Shown one piece after another: positions 12,001-19,710 of a stretch of DNA of 64,000 bases (within the stretch, counting starts at the first letter, position 1; the number at the start of each line of letters is the position of its first letter). A program made the translations under genes and the position numbers. Source of the DNA: Eledone cirrhosa (lineage: Eukaryota); assembly GCA_964016885.1 (NCBI GenBank), contig OZ024741.1, positions 223,200,001 to 223,264,000 of the forward strand, in the 5' to 3' direction. The notes below the pieces were generated by a model. It ran no database searches and had not been told where the DNA came from. It saw only the letters and a list, made by a program, of their open reading frames with translations.

Positions 12001-15000
12001 GGCCAGAGAAAGGTTACTGGCCCGGGAAAGGTTACTGGCCAGGGAAAGGTTACAGGCTGGAGAAAGGTTACTGGCCGGGGAAATGTTACTGGCCGGGGAA
12101 AGGTTACTGGCTGGGGAAAGGTTACTGGCCGGGGAAAGGTTACTGGCCGGGGAAAGGTTACTGGCCAGAGAAAGGTTACTGGCCGGAGAAAGGTTACTGG
12201 CCGGGGAAAGGTTACTGGCCGGGGAAAGGTTACTGGCTGGGGAAAGGTTACTGGCCAGAGAAAGGTTACTGGCCGGAGAAAGGTTACTGGCCGGGGAAAG
12301 GTTACTGGCCGGGGAAAGGTTACTGGCCAGGGAAAGGTTACAGGCTGGAGAAAGGTTACTGGCCGGGGAAAGGTTACTGGCTGGGGAAAGGTTTCTGGCC
12401 AGGGAAAGGTTATTGGCCGGGGAAAGGTTACAGGCTGGAGAAAGGTTACTGGCCGGGGAAAGGTTACTGGCCGGGGAAAGGTTACTGGCCAGGGAAAGGT
12501 TACAGGCTGGAGAAAGGTTACTGGCCGGGGAAAGGTTACTGGCTGGGGAAAGGTTACTGGCCGAAGAAAGGTTACTGGCTGGGGAAAGGTTTCTGGCCAG
12601 GGAAAGGTTATTGGCCGGGGAAAGTTTACTAGCCAGAGAAAGGTTACTGGCCCGGGAAAGGTTACTGGCCAGGGAAAGGTTACAGGCTGGAGAAAGGTTA
12701 CTGGCCGGGGAAATGTTACTGGCCGGGGAAAGGTTACTGGCTGGGGAAAGGTTACTGGCCGGGGAAAGGTTACTGGCCGGGGAAAGGTTACTGGCCAGGG
12801 AAAGGTTACTGGCCAGGGAAAGGTTACTGGCAAGAGAAAGGTTACTGGCTGGGGAAAGGTTACTGGCCAGAGAAAGGTAACTGGCCAGAGAAAGGTTACT
12901 GGCTGGGGAAAGGTTACTGGCTGGGGAAAGGTTACTGGCCAGAAAAAGGTTACTGGCTGGGGAAAGGTTACTGTCTGGGGAAAGGTTACTGGCTAGAGAA
13001 AGGTTACTGGCTGGGGAAAGGTTACTGGCTGGGGAAAGGTTACTGGCCAGAGAAAGGTTACTGGCCGGGGAAAGGTTACTGGCTGGGGAAAGGTTACTGG
13101 CTGGAGAAAAGTTACTGGCTGGGGAAAGGTTACTGGCTGGGGAAAGGTTACTGGCCAGAGAAAGGTTACAGGTTGGGGAAATGTTACTGGCCGGGGAAAT
13201 GTTACTTGCCAGAGAAAGGTTACTGGCCGGGGAAAGGTTACTGGCCAGAGAAAGGTTACTGGCTGGGGAAAGGTTACTGGCTGGGGAAAGGTTACTGGCC
13301 GGGGAAAGCTTACTGGCCAGAGAAAGGTTACTGGCTGGGGAAAGGTTACTGGCTGGGGAAAGCTTACTGGCCGGGGAAAGCTTACTGGCCAGAGAAAGGT
13401 TACTGGCCGGGGAAAGGTTACTGGCCAGAGAAAGGTTACTGGCTGTGGAAAGATTACTGGCCAGAGAAAGGTTACTGGCCAGAGAAAGGTTACTGGCTGG
13501 GGAAAGGTTACTGGCTGGGGAAAGGTTACTGGCTGGGGAAAGCTTACTGGCCGGGGAAAGCTTACTGGCCAGAGAAAGGTTACTGGCTGGGGAAAGCTTA
13601 CTGGCCGGGGAAAGCTTACTGGCCAGAGAAAGGTTACTGGCCGGGGAAAGGTTACTGGCCAGAGAAAGGTTACTGGCTGTGGAAAGATTACTGGCCAGAG
13701 AAAGGTTACTGGCCAGAGAAAGGTTACTGGCCAGAGAAAGGTTACTGGCTGGGGAAAGGTTACTGGCCGGGGAAATGTTACTGGCCAGATAAAGGTTACT
13801 GGCCGGGGAAAGGTTACTGGCCAGACAAAGTTTACTGGCCGAAGAAAGGTTACTGGCTGGGGAAAGGTTTCTGGCCAGGGAAAGGTTATTGGCCGGGGAA
13901 AGTTTACTAGCCAGAGAAAGGTTACTGGCCCGGGAAAGGTTACTGGCCAGGGAAAGGTTACAGGCTGGAGAAAGGTTACTGGCCGGGGAAATGTTACTGG
14001 CCGGGGAAAGGTTACTGGCTGGGGAAAGGTTACTGGCCGGGGAAAGGTTACTGGCCGGGGAAAGGTTACTGGCCAGGGAAAGGTTACTGGCTGGGGAAAG
14101 GTTACTGGCAAGAGAAAGGTTACTGGCTGGGGAAAGGTTACTGGCAAGAGAAAGGTTACTGGCCAGGGAAAGGTTACTGGCAAGAGAAAGGTTACTGGCT
14201 GGGGAAAGGTTACTGGCCAGAGAAAGGTAACTGGCCAGAGAAAGGTTACTGGCTGGGGAAAGGTTACTGGCTGGGGAAAGGTTACTGGCCAGAGAAAGGT
14301 AACTGGCCAGAGAAAGGTTACTGGCTGGGGAAAGGTTACTAGCCAGAAAAAGGTTACTGGCTGGGGAAAGGTTACTGTCTGGGGAAAGGTTACTGGCCAG
14401 AGAAAGGTTACTGGCTGGGGAAAGGTTACTGGCTGGGGAAAGGTTACTGGCCAGAGAAAGGTTACTGGCCAGGGAAAGGTTACTGGCCGGAGAAAGGTTA
14501 CTGGCCAGAGAAAGGTTATTGGTTGGGGAAAGGTTACTGGCTGGGGAAAGGTTACTGGCCAGAGAAAGGTTACTGGCTGGGGAAAGGTTACTGGCCAGAG
14601 AAAGGTTACTGGCCAGAGAAAGGTTACTGCCTGGGGAAAGGTTACTGGCTGGGGAAAGGTTACTGGCCAGAGAAAGGTTACAGGCTGGGGAAAGGTTACT
14701 GGCCGGGGAAAGGTTACTGGCCGGGGAAAGGTTACTGGCCAGAGAAAGGTTACTGGCCGGGGAAAGGTTACTGGCTGGGGAAAGGTTACTGGCCAGAGAA
14801 AGGTTACTGGCCAGAGAAAGGTTACTGGCTGGGGAAAGGTTACTGGCCAGAGAAAGGTTACTGGCAGGGGAAAGGTTACTGGCCAGAGAAAGGTTACTGG
14901 CTGGGGAAAGGTTACTGGCCTGAGAAAGGTTACTGGCCAGAGAAAAGTTACTGGCCGGGGAAAGGTTACTGGCCAGAGAAAGGTAACTGGCCAGAGAAAG

Positions 15001-18000
15001 GTTACTGGCCAGAGAAAGGTGACTGGCCAGAGAAAAGTTACTGGCCGGGGAAAGGTTACTGGCCAGAGAAAGGTTACTGGCTGGAGAAAGGTTACTGGCC
15101 AGAGAAAGGTTACTGGCCAGAGAAAAGTTACTGGCCGGGGAAAGGTTACTGGCCAGAGAAAGGTAACTGGCCAGAGAAAGGTTACTGGCCGGAGAAAGGT
15201 TACTGGCCGGAGAAAGGTTCCTGGCTGGGGAAAGGTTACTGGCTGGGGAAAGGTTACTGGCCAGAGAAAGGTTACTGGCTGGGGAAAGGTTACTGGCTGG
15301 GGAAAGGTTACTGGCCAGGGAAATGATATTGGCCGGGGAAAGTTTACTAGCCAGAGAAAGGTTACTGGCCAGGGAAAGGTTATTGGCCGGGGAAAGTTTA
15401 CAGGCTGGAGAAAGGTTACTGGCCGCGGAAATGTTACTGGCCAGAGAAAGGTTACTGGCCAGGGAAAGGTTACTGGCCAGGGAAAGGTTACAGGCTGGAG
15501 AAAGGTTACTGGCCAGAGAAAGGTTACTGGCCAGAGAAAGGTTACTGGCCAGGGAAAGGTTACAGGCTGGAGAAAGGTTACTGGCCGCGGAAATGTTACT
15601 GGCTGGGGAAAGGTTACTGGCCGGGGAAAGGTTACTGGCCAGGGAAAGGTTACTGGCTGGGGAAAGGTTACTGGCCAGAGAAAGGTAACTGGCCAGAGAA
15701 AGGTTACTGGCTGGGGAAAGGTTACTGGCTGGGGAAAGATTACTGGCCAGAGAAAGGTTACTGGCCAGAGAAAGGTTACTGGCTGGGGAAAGGTTACTGG
15801 CCAGAGAAAGGTTACTGGCCGAGGAAAGGTTACTGGCCAGAGAAAGGTTACTGGCCAGAGAAAGGTTACTGGCCAGAGAAAGGTTACTGGCTGGGGAAAG
15901 GTTACTGGCCAGAGAAAGGTTACTGGCCAGAGAAAGGTTACTGGCCGAGGAAAGGTTACTGGCCAGAGAAAGGTTACTGGCCAGAGAAAGGTTACTGGCT
16001 GGGGAAAGGTTACTGGCCAGAGAAAGGTTACTGGCTGGGGAAAGGTTACTGGCTGGGGAAATTTTACTGGCCAGAGAAAGGTTACTGGCCGGGGAAAGGT
16101 TACTGGCCAGAGAAAGGTTACTGGCTGGGGAAAGGTTACTGGCTGGGGAAAGGTTACTGGCCGGGGAAAGCTTACTGGCCAGAGAAAGGTTACTGGCTGG
16201 GGAAAGGTTACTGGCTGGGGAAAGCTTACTGGCCGGGGAAAGCTTACTGGCCAGAGAAAGGTTACTGGCCGGGGAAAGGTTACTGGCCAGAGAAAGGTTA
16301 CTGGCTGTGGAAAGATTACTGGCCAGAGAAAGGTTACTGGCCAGAGAAAGGTTACTGGCTGGGGAAAGGTTACTGGCTGGGGAAAGGTTACTGGCTGGGG
16401 AAAGCTTACTGGCCGGGGAAAGCTTACTGGCCAGAGAAAGGTTACTGGCTGGGGAAAGCTTACTGGCCGGGGAAAGCTTACTGGCCAGAGAAAGGTTACT
16501 GGCCGGGGAAAGGTTACTGGCCAGAGAAAGGTTACTGGCTGTGGAAAGATTACTGGCCAGAGAAAGGTTACTGGCCAGAGAAAGGTTACTGGCCAGAGAA
16601 AGGTTACTGGCTGGGGAAAGGTTACTGGCCGGGGAAATGTTACTGGCCAGATAAAGGTTACTGGCCGGGGAAAGGTTACTGGCCAGACAAAGTTTACTGG
16701 CCGAAGAAAGGTTACTGGCTGGGGAAAGGTTTCTGGCCAGGGAAAGGTTATTGGCCGGGGAAAGTTTACTAGCCAGAGAAAGGTTACTGGCCCGGGAAAG
16801 GTTACTGGCCAGGGAAAGGTTACAGGCTGGAGAAAGGTTACTGGCCGGGGAAATGTTACTGGCCGGGGAAAGGTTACTGGCTGGGGAAAGGTTACTGGCC
16901 GGGGAAAGGTTACTGGCCGGGGAAAGGTTACTGGCCAGGGAAAGGTTACTGGCTGGGGAAAGGTTACTGGCAAGAGAAAGGTTACTGGCTGGGGAAAGGT
17001 TACTGGCAAGAGAAAGGTTACTGGCCAGGGAAAGGTTACTGGCAAGAGAAAGGTTACTGGCTGGGGAAAGGTTACTGGCCAGAGAAAGGTAACTGGCCAG
17101 AGAAAGGTTACTGGCTGGGGAAAGGTTACTGGCTGGGGAAAGGTTACTGGCCAGAGAAAGGTAACTGGCCAGAGAAAGGTTACTGGCTGGGGAAAGGTTA
17201 CTAGCCAGAAAAAGGTTACTGGCTGGGGAAAGGTTACTGTCTGGGGAAAGGTTACTGGCCAGAGAAAGGTTACTGGCTGGGGAAAGGTTACTGGCTGGGG
17301 AAAGGTTACTGGCCAGAGAAAGGTTACTGGCCAGGGAAAGGTTACTGGCCGGAGAAAGGTTACTGGCCAGAGAAAGGTTATTGGTTGGGGAAAGGTTACT
17401 GGCTGGGGAAAGGTTACTGGCCAGAGAAAGGTTACTGGCTGGGGAAAGGTTACTGGCCAGAGAAAGGTTACTGGCCAGAGAAAGGTTACTGCCTGGGGAA
17501 AGGTTACTGGCTGGGGAAAGGTTACTGGCCAGAGAAAGGTTACAGGCTGGGGAAAGGTTACTGGCCGGGGAAAGGTTACTGGCCGGGGAAAGGTTACTGG
17601 CCAGAGAAAGGTTACTGGCCGGGGAAAGGTTACTGGCTGGGGAAAGGTTACTGGCCAGAGAAAGGTTACTGGCCAGAGAAAGGTTACTGGCTGGGGAAAG
17701 GTTACTGGCCAGAGAAAGGTTACTGGCAGGGGAAAGGTTACTGGCCAGAGAAAGGTTACTGGCTGGGGAAAGGTTACTGGCCTGAGAAAGGTTACTGGCC
17801 AGAGAAAAGTTACTGGCCGGGGAAAGGTTACTGGCCAGAGAAAGGTAACTGGCCAGAGAAAGGTTACTGGCCAGAGAAAGGTGACTGGCCAGAGAAAAGT
17901 TACTGGCCGGGGAAAGGTTACTGGCCAGAGAAAGGTTACTGGCCGGAGAAAGGTTACTGGCCAGAGAAAGGTTACTGGCCAGAGAAAAGTTACTGGCCGG

Positions 18001-19668
18001 GGAAAGGTTACTGGCCAGAGAAAGGTAACTGGCCAGAGAAAGGTTACTGGCCGGAGAAAGGTTACTGGCCGGAGAAAGGTTCCTGGCTGGGGAAAGGTTA
18101 CTGGCTGGGGAAAGGTTACTGGCCAGAGAAAGGTTACTGGCTGGGGAAAGGTTACTGGCTGGGGAAAGGTTACTGGCCAGGGAAATGATATTGGCCGGGG
18201 AAAGTTTACTAGCCAGAGAAAGGTTACTGGCCAGGGAAAGGTTATTGGCCGGGGAAAGTTTACAGGCTGGAGAAAGGTTACTGGCCGCGGAAATGTTACT
18301 GGCCAGAGAAAGGTTACTGGCCAGGGAAAGGTTACTGGCCAGGGAAAGGTTACAGGCTGGAGAAAGGTTACTGGCCAGAGAAAGGTTACTGGCCAGAGAA
18401 AGGTTACTGGCCAGGGAAAGGTTACAGGCTGGAGAAAGGTTACTGGCCGCGGAAATGTTACTGGCTGGGGAAAGGTTACTGGCCGGGGAAAGGTTACTGG
18501 CCAGGGAAAGGTTACTGGCTGGGGAAAGGTTACTGGCCAGAGAAAGGTAACTGGCCAGAGAAAGGTTACTGGCTGGGGAAAGGTTACTGGCTGGGGAAAG
18601 ATTACTGGCCAGAGAAAGGTTACTGGCCAGAGAAAGGTTACTGGCTGGGGAAAGGTTACTGGCCAGAGAAAGGTTACTGGCCGAGGAAAGGTTACTGGCC
18701 AGAGAAAGGTTACTGGCCAGAGAAAGGTTACTGGCCAGAGAAAGGTTACTGGCTGGGGAAAGGTTACTGGCCAGAGAAAGGTTACTGGCCAGAGAAAGGT
18801 TACTGGCCGAGGAAAGGTTACTGGCCAGAGAAAGGTTACTGGCCAGAGAAAGGTTACTGGCTGGGGAAAGGTTACTGGCCAGAGAAAGGTTACTGGCTGG
18901 GGAAAGGTTACTGGCTGGGGAAATTTTACTGGCCAGAGAAAGGTTACTGGCTGGGGAAAGGTTACTGGCCAGAGAAAGGTTACTGGCTGGAGAAAGGTTA
19001 CTGGCTGGGGAAAGATTACTGGCCAGAGAAAGGTTACTGGCCAGAGAAAGGTTACTGGCCAGAGAAAGGTTACTGGCCGAGGAAAGGTTACTGGCCAGAG
19101 AAAGGTTACTGGCCAGAGAAAGGTTACTGGCCAGAGAAAGGTTACTGGCTGGGGAAAGGTTACTGGCCAGAGAAAGGTTACTGGCCAGAGAAAGGTTACT
19201 GGCCGAGGAAAGGTTACTGGCCAGAGAAAGGTTACTGGCCAGAGAAAGGTTACTGGCTGGGGAAAGGTTACTGGCCAGAGAAAGGTTACTGGCTGGGGAA
19301 AGGTTACTGGCCGGGGAAAGGTTACTGGCCAGAGAAAGGTTACTGGCTGGGGAAAGGTTACTGGCCAGAGAAAGGTTACTGGCTGGGGAAAGGTTACTGG
19401 CCGGGGAAAGGTTACTGGCCAGAGAAAGGTTACTGGCTGGGGAAAGGTTACTGGCCAGAGAAAGGTTACTGGCCGGGGAAAGGTTACTGGCTGGGGAAAG
19501 GTTACTGGCAAGAGAAAGGTTACTGGCTGGGGAAAGCTTACTGGCTGGGGAAAGTTTACTGGCCAGAGAAAGGTTACTGGCCAGAGAAAGGTTACTGGCC
19601 AGAGAAAGGTTACTGGCCAGGGAAAGGTTACTGGCCTGGGAAAGGTTACTGGTCAGAGACAGGTTACC
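1..19668. repeat. 18-bp tandem array (minisatellite/satellite), about 1090 units, truncated by the left window edge
   Basis: Continuous units GAAAGGTTACTGGC-CAGA/TGGG/CGGG/TAGA/CAGG/CGGA. Phase is kept except for one 1-nt loss near 3082. Last degenerate unit GAGACAGGTTACC at about 19656-19668. Confidence 0.99.
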
Positions 19669-19710
19669 GACATAGGATGAAACATCCCCGATGTCGGCTG
19701 GGGGGGTCAA
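2968..19710 (-). CDS. Putative giant hexapeptide-repeat ORF (ASNLS[P/L])n, 5580 aa; coding status unproven
   Basis: Stop-free in the ORF track (frame open from 19722, TTG start only, no ATG or signal peptide). Several common unit variants are synonymous in this frame. However no consensus codon is one substitution from a stop, so openness is expected by chance. Confidence 0.2.
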   Translation of the reverse strand: MTPPADIGDVSSYVGNLSLTSNLSQASNLSLASNLSLASNLSLASNLSLASKLSPASKLSPASNLSLASNLSPASNLSPASNLSLASNLSPASNLSLASNLSPASNLSPASNLSLASNLSPASNLSLASNLSPASNLSPASNLSLASNLSPASNLSLASNLSLASNLSSASNLSLASNLSLASNLSPASNLSLASNLSLASNLSLASNLSSASNLSLASNLSLASNLSLASNLSPASNLSPASNLSLASNLSPASNLSLASKISPASNLSPASNLSLASNLSPASNLSLASNLSLASNLSSASNLSLASNLSLASNLSPASNLSLASNLSLASNLSLASNLSSASNLSLASNLSPASNLSLASNLSLASNLSPASNLSPASNLSLASYLSLASNLSPASNLSLASNLSPASNLSPASNISAASNLSPACNLSLASNLSLASNLSLASNLSPACNLSLASNLSLASNLSLASNISAASNLSPACKLSPANNLSLASNLSLASKLSPANIISLASNLSPASNLSPASNLSLASNLSPASNLSPARNLSPASNLSPASNLSLASYLSLASNLSPASNFSLASNLSLASNLSPASNLSLASNLSPASNFSLASHLSLASNLSLASYLSLASNLSPASNFSLASNLSQASNLSPASNLSLASNLSPASNLSLASNLSPASNLSLASNLSLASNLSPASNLSPASNLSLASNLSPASNLSPASNLSPACNLSLASNLSPASNLSPGSNLSLASNLSLASNLSPASNLSLASNLSPASNLSPTNNLSLASNLSPASNLSLASNLSLASNLSPASNLSPASNLSLASNLSPDSNLSPASNLFLASNLSPASNLSLASYLSLASNLSPASNLSPASNLSLASYLSLASNLSPASNLSLASNLSLASNLSLASNLSPASNLSLASNLSPASNLSLASNLSPASNLSPASNLSPASNLSPASNISPASNLSPACNLSLASNLSRASNLSLASKLSPANNLSLARNLSPASNLSSASKLCLASNLSPASNLYLASNISPASNLSPASNLSLASNLSLASNLSLASNLSTASNLSLASNLSPASNLSLASKLSPASKLSPASNLSLASKLSPASKLSPASNLSPASNLSPASNLSLASNLSLASNLSTASNLSLASNLSPASNLSLASKLSPASKLSPASNLSPASNLSLASKLSPASNLSPASNLSPASNLSLASNLSPASNLSLASKISPASNLSPASNLSLASNLSPASNLSLASNLSLASNLSSASNLSLASNLSLASNLSPASNLSLASNLSLASNLSLASNLSSASNLSLASNLSPASNLSLASNLSLASNLSPASNLSPASNLSLASYLSLASNLSPASNLSLASNLSPASNLSPASNISAASNLSPACNLSLASNLSLASNLSLASNLSPACNLSLASNLSLASNLSLASNISAASNLSPACKLSPANNLSLASNLSLASKLSPANIISLASNLSPASNLSPASNLSLASNLSPASNLSPARNLSPASNLSPASNLSLASYLSLASNLSPASNFSLASNLSLASNLSPASNLSLASNLSPASNFSLASHLSLASNLSLASYLSLASNLSPASNFSLASNLSQASNLSPASNLSLASNLSPASNLSLASNLSPASNLSLASNLSLASNLSPASNLSPASNLSLASNLSPASNLSPASNLSPACNLSLASNLSPASNLSPGSNLSLASNLSLASNLSPASNLSLASNLSPASNLSPTNNLSLASNLSPASNLSLASNLSLASNLSPASNLSPASNLSLASNLSPDSNLSPASNLFLASNLSPASNLSLASYLSLASNLSPASNLSPASNLSLASYLSLASNLSPASNLSLASNLSLASNLSLASNLSPASNLSLASNLSPASNLSLASNLSPASNLSPASNLSPASNLSPASNISPASNLSPACNLSLASNLSRASNLSLASKLSPANNLSLARNLSPASNLSSASKLCLASNLSPASNLYLASNISPASNLSPASNLSLASNLSLASNLSLASNLSTASNLSLASNLSPASNLSLASKLSPASKLSPASNLSLASKLSPASKLSPASNLSPASNLSPASNLSLASNLSLASNLSTASNLSLASNLSPASNLSLASKLSPASKLSPASNLSPASNLSLASKLSPASNLSPASNLSPASNLSLASNLSPASNLSLASNISPASNISPTCNLSLASNLSPASNLSPASNFSPASNLSPASNLSPASNLSLASNLSPASNLSPASNLSLASNLSPDSNLSPASNLFLASNLSPASNLSPASNLSLASYLSLASNLSPASNLSLASNLSLASNLSLASNLSPASNLSPASNLSPASNLSPASNISPASNLSPACNLSLASNLSRASNLSLASKLSPANNLSLARNLSPASNLSSASNLSPASNLSPASNLSPACNLSLASNLSPASNLSPASNLSPACNLSPANNLSLARNLSPASNLSPASNLSPACNLSLASNLSPASNLSPASNLSPASNLSLASNLSPASNLSPASNLSPASNLSPASNLSLASNLSPASNLSPASNLSPASNLSPASNISPASNLSPACNLSLASNLSRASNLSLASKLSPANNLSLARNLSPASNLSSASNLSPASNLSPASNLSPASNLSPASNLSPASNLSLASNLSPASNLSPASNLSPASNLSPASNLSLASNLSPASNLSPASNLSPASNLSLASNLSPASNLSLASNLSLASNLSLASNLSLASNLSPASNLSLASNLSPASNLSPASNLSLASNLSPASNLSLASNLSLASNLSLASNLSLASNLSLASNLSLASNLSLASNLSLASNLSLASNLSLASNLSLASNLSPASNLSLASNLSPASNLSLASNLSLASNLSPASNLSPASNLSLASNLSPASNLSLASNLSPASNLSPASNLSLASNLSLASNLSPASNLSLASNPSLASNLSLASNLSLASNLSLASNLSPAFNLSPASNLSPACNLSPASNLSLASNPSLASNLSLASNLSLASNLSLASNLSPAFNLSPASNLSPACNLSPASNLSLASNLSPASNLSPATNLSSASNISPASSLSPASNLSLASNLSLASNLSPASNLSPASNLSLASNLSPASNLSLASNLSPASNLYPASNLSLANNLSPASNLSLASNLSPASNLSLASNLSPASNLSPASNLSPASNLSLASNLSPASNLSLAGNLSPASNLYPASNLSLANNLSPASNLSPASNLSLASNLSLASKLSPANNLSLASNLSLANNLSPASNLSLASNLSPASNLSLASNLSPASNLSPASNLSLASNLSPASNLSLASNLSPASNLSPASNLSLASNLSLASNLSLASKLSPANNLSPASNLSPASNLSPACNLSLASNLSLASNLSLASNLSPANNLSPASNLSLANNLSPASNLSPASNLSPASNLSLASNLSPASNLSLASNLSPASNLSPASNLSPASNLSPASNLSLANNLSPASNLSPASNLSPASNLSLANNLSPASNLSPASNLSPASNLSPASNLSPASNLSLASNLSPASNLSPASNLSPASNLSPASNLSPASNLSPASNLSPASNLSLASNLSPASNLSPASNLSPASNLSPASNLSLASNLSPASNLSPASNLSPASNLSPASNLSLANNLSPASNLSPASNLSPASNLSLANNLSPASNLSPASNLSPASNLSPASNLSPASNLSLASNLSPASNLSLASNLSPASNLSLASNLSPASNLSPASNLSPASNLSLASNLSPASNLSPASNLSPASNLSLASNLSPASNLSLASNLSPASNLSPASNLSLASNLSPASNLSLASNLSPASNLSPASNLSPASNLSLASNLSPASNLSLASNLSPASNLSPACNLSLASNLSSASNLSPASNLSLASNLSLASNLSLASNLSPASNHSLASNLSLASNLSLASNLSLASKLSPANNLSLASNLSLANNLSPASNLSLASNLSPASNLSLASNLSLASKLSPANNLSPASNLSPACNLSLASNLSLASNLSPASNLSPACNLSLASNLSLASNLSPASNLSPASNLSPACNLSLASNLSLASNLSLASNLSPANNLSPASNLSLANNLSPASNLSPASNLSPASNLSLASNLSPASNLSLAGNLSLASNLSLASKLSPANNLSPASNLSPACNLSLASNLSLASNLSPASNLSPACNLSLASNLSLASNLSLASNLSPANNLSPASNLSLANNLSPASNLSPASNLSLASNLSPASNLSLASNLSPASNLSPACNLSLASNLSPASNLSPACNLSLASNLSSASNLSLANNLSPASNLSPASNLSPASNLSLASNLSPASNLSLASNLSPASNLSPACNLSLASNLSPASNLSPACNLSLASNLSPASNLSLASNLSPASNLSLASNLSPASNLSLASNLSPASNLSPACNLSLASNLSPASNLSPACNLSLASNLSPASNLSLASNLSPASNLSLASNLSPASNLSLASNLSPASNLSLASNLSPASNLSLASNLSPASNLSPACNLSLASNLSPASNLSPACNLSLASNLSPASNLSLASNLSPASNLSLASNLSPASNLSLASNLSPASNLSPACNLSLASNLSPASNLSLASNLSPASNLSPACNLSLASNLSPASNLSLASNLSPASNLSPASNLSLASNLSPASNLSLASNLSPASNLSPACNLSLASNLSPASNLSPACNLSLASNLSSASNLSPASNLSLASNLSLASNLSLASNLSPASNLSLASNLSRASNLSLASNLSLASNLSLASNLSLASNLSPASNHSLASNLSLASNLSPASNLSLASNLSRASNLSLASNLSLASNLSLASNLSLASNLSLASNLSPASNLSPASNLSLASNLSRASNLSLASNLSLASNLSLASNLSLASNLSLASNLSPASNLSLANNLSPASNHSLASNLSLASNLSPASNLSLANNLSPASNHSLASNLSLASNLSPASNHSLASNLSLASNLSPASNHSLASNLSLANNLSPASNHSLASNLSLASNLSPASNLSLASNLSPASNLSLASNLSLASNLSPASNLSLASNLSPASNLSLASNLSRASNLSLASNLSPASNLSLASNLSLASNLSPASNLSLASNLSRASNLSLASNLSPASNLSLASNLSLASNLSPASNLSLASNLSPASNLSLASNLSPASNLSPASNLSPASNLSLASNLSPASNLSLASNLSLASNLSLASNLSPATNLSLASNLSPVSNLSLASNLSLASNLSPASNLSLASNLSPASNLSLASNLSPASNLSLASNLSLASNLSLASNLSPATNLSLASNLSPVSNLSLASNLSLASNLSPASNLSLASNLSPASNLSLASNLSPASNLSPASNLSPASNLSLASNLSPASNLSLASNLSLASNLSLASNLSLASNLSLASNLSLASNLSLASNLSPASNLSLASNLSPASNLSLASNLSPASNLSLASNLSLASNLSLASNLSPATNLSLASNLSPVSNLSLASNLSLASYLSLASNLSLASNLSLASNLSLASNLSLASYLSLASNLSLASNLSPASNFSPASNLSPASNLSSASNLSLASNLSPASNLSLASNLCTVSSLSSAINLPLPVTFLWPVTFLWPVTFLWPVTFPQPVTFPQPVTFL
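13208..18951. repeat. Higher-order tandem duplication of 2862 bp (159 x 18 bp) inside the array
   Basis: Rare variant units and ORF-track entries recur at an exact 2862 offset (13889/16751, 14519/17381, 14523/17385, 15323/18185; ATTTTACT at 16061/18923). One substitution noticed (15082 vs 17944). Confidence 0.93.

Noticed and set aside
1-19668. CRISPR array or telomeric repeat
   Set aside because: No unique spacers, no cas genes, eukaryotic context; GGTTA occurs once per unit and never as tandem TTAGG or TTAGGG.
894-19680. Long plus-strand ORFs (ERLLAG/ERLLAR, GKVTGQ, GKGYWP) and minus-strand PVTF ORFs
   Set aside because: Automatic result of an 18-bp unit; interrupted by variant-derived stops and lacking unique domains. 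GKGYWP looks like a structural-protein repeat but is broken repeatedly by TGG>TAG.
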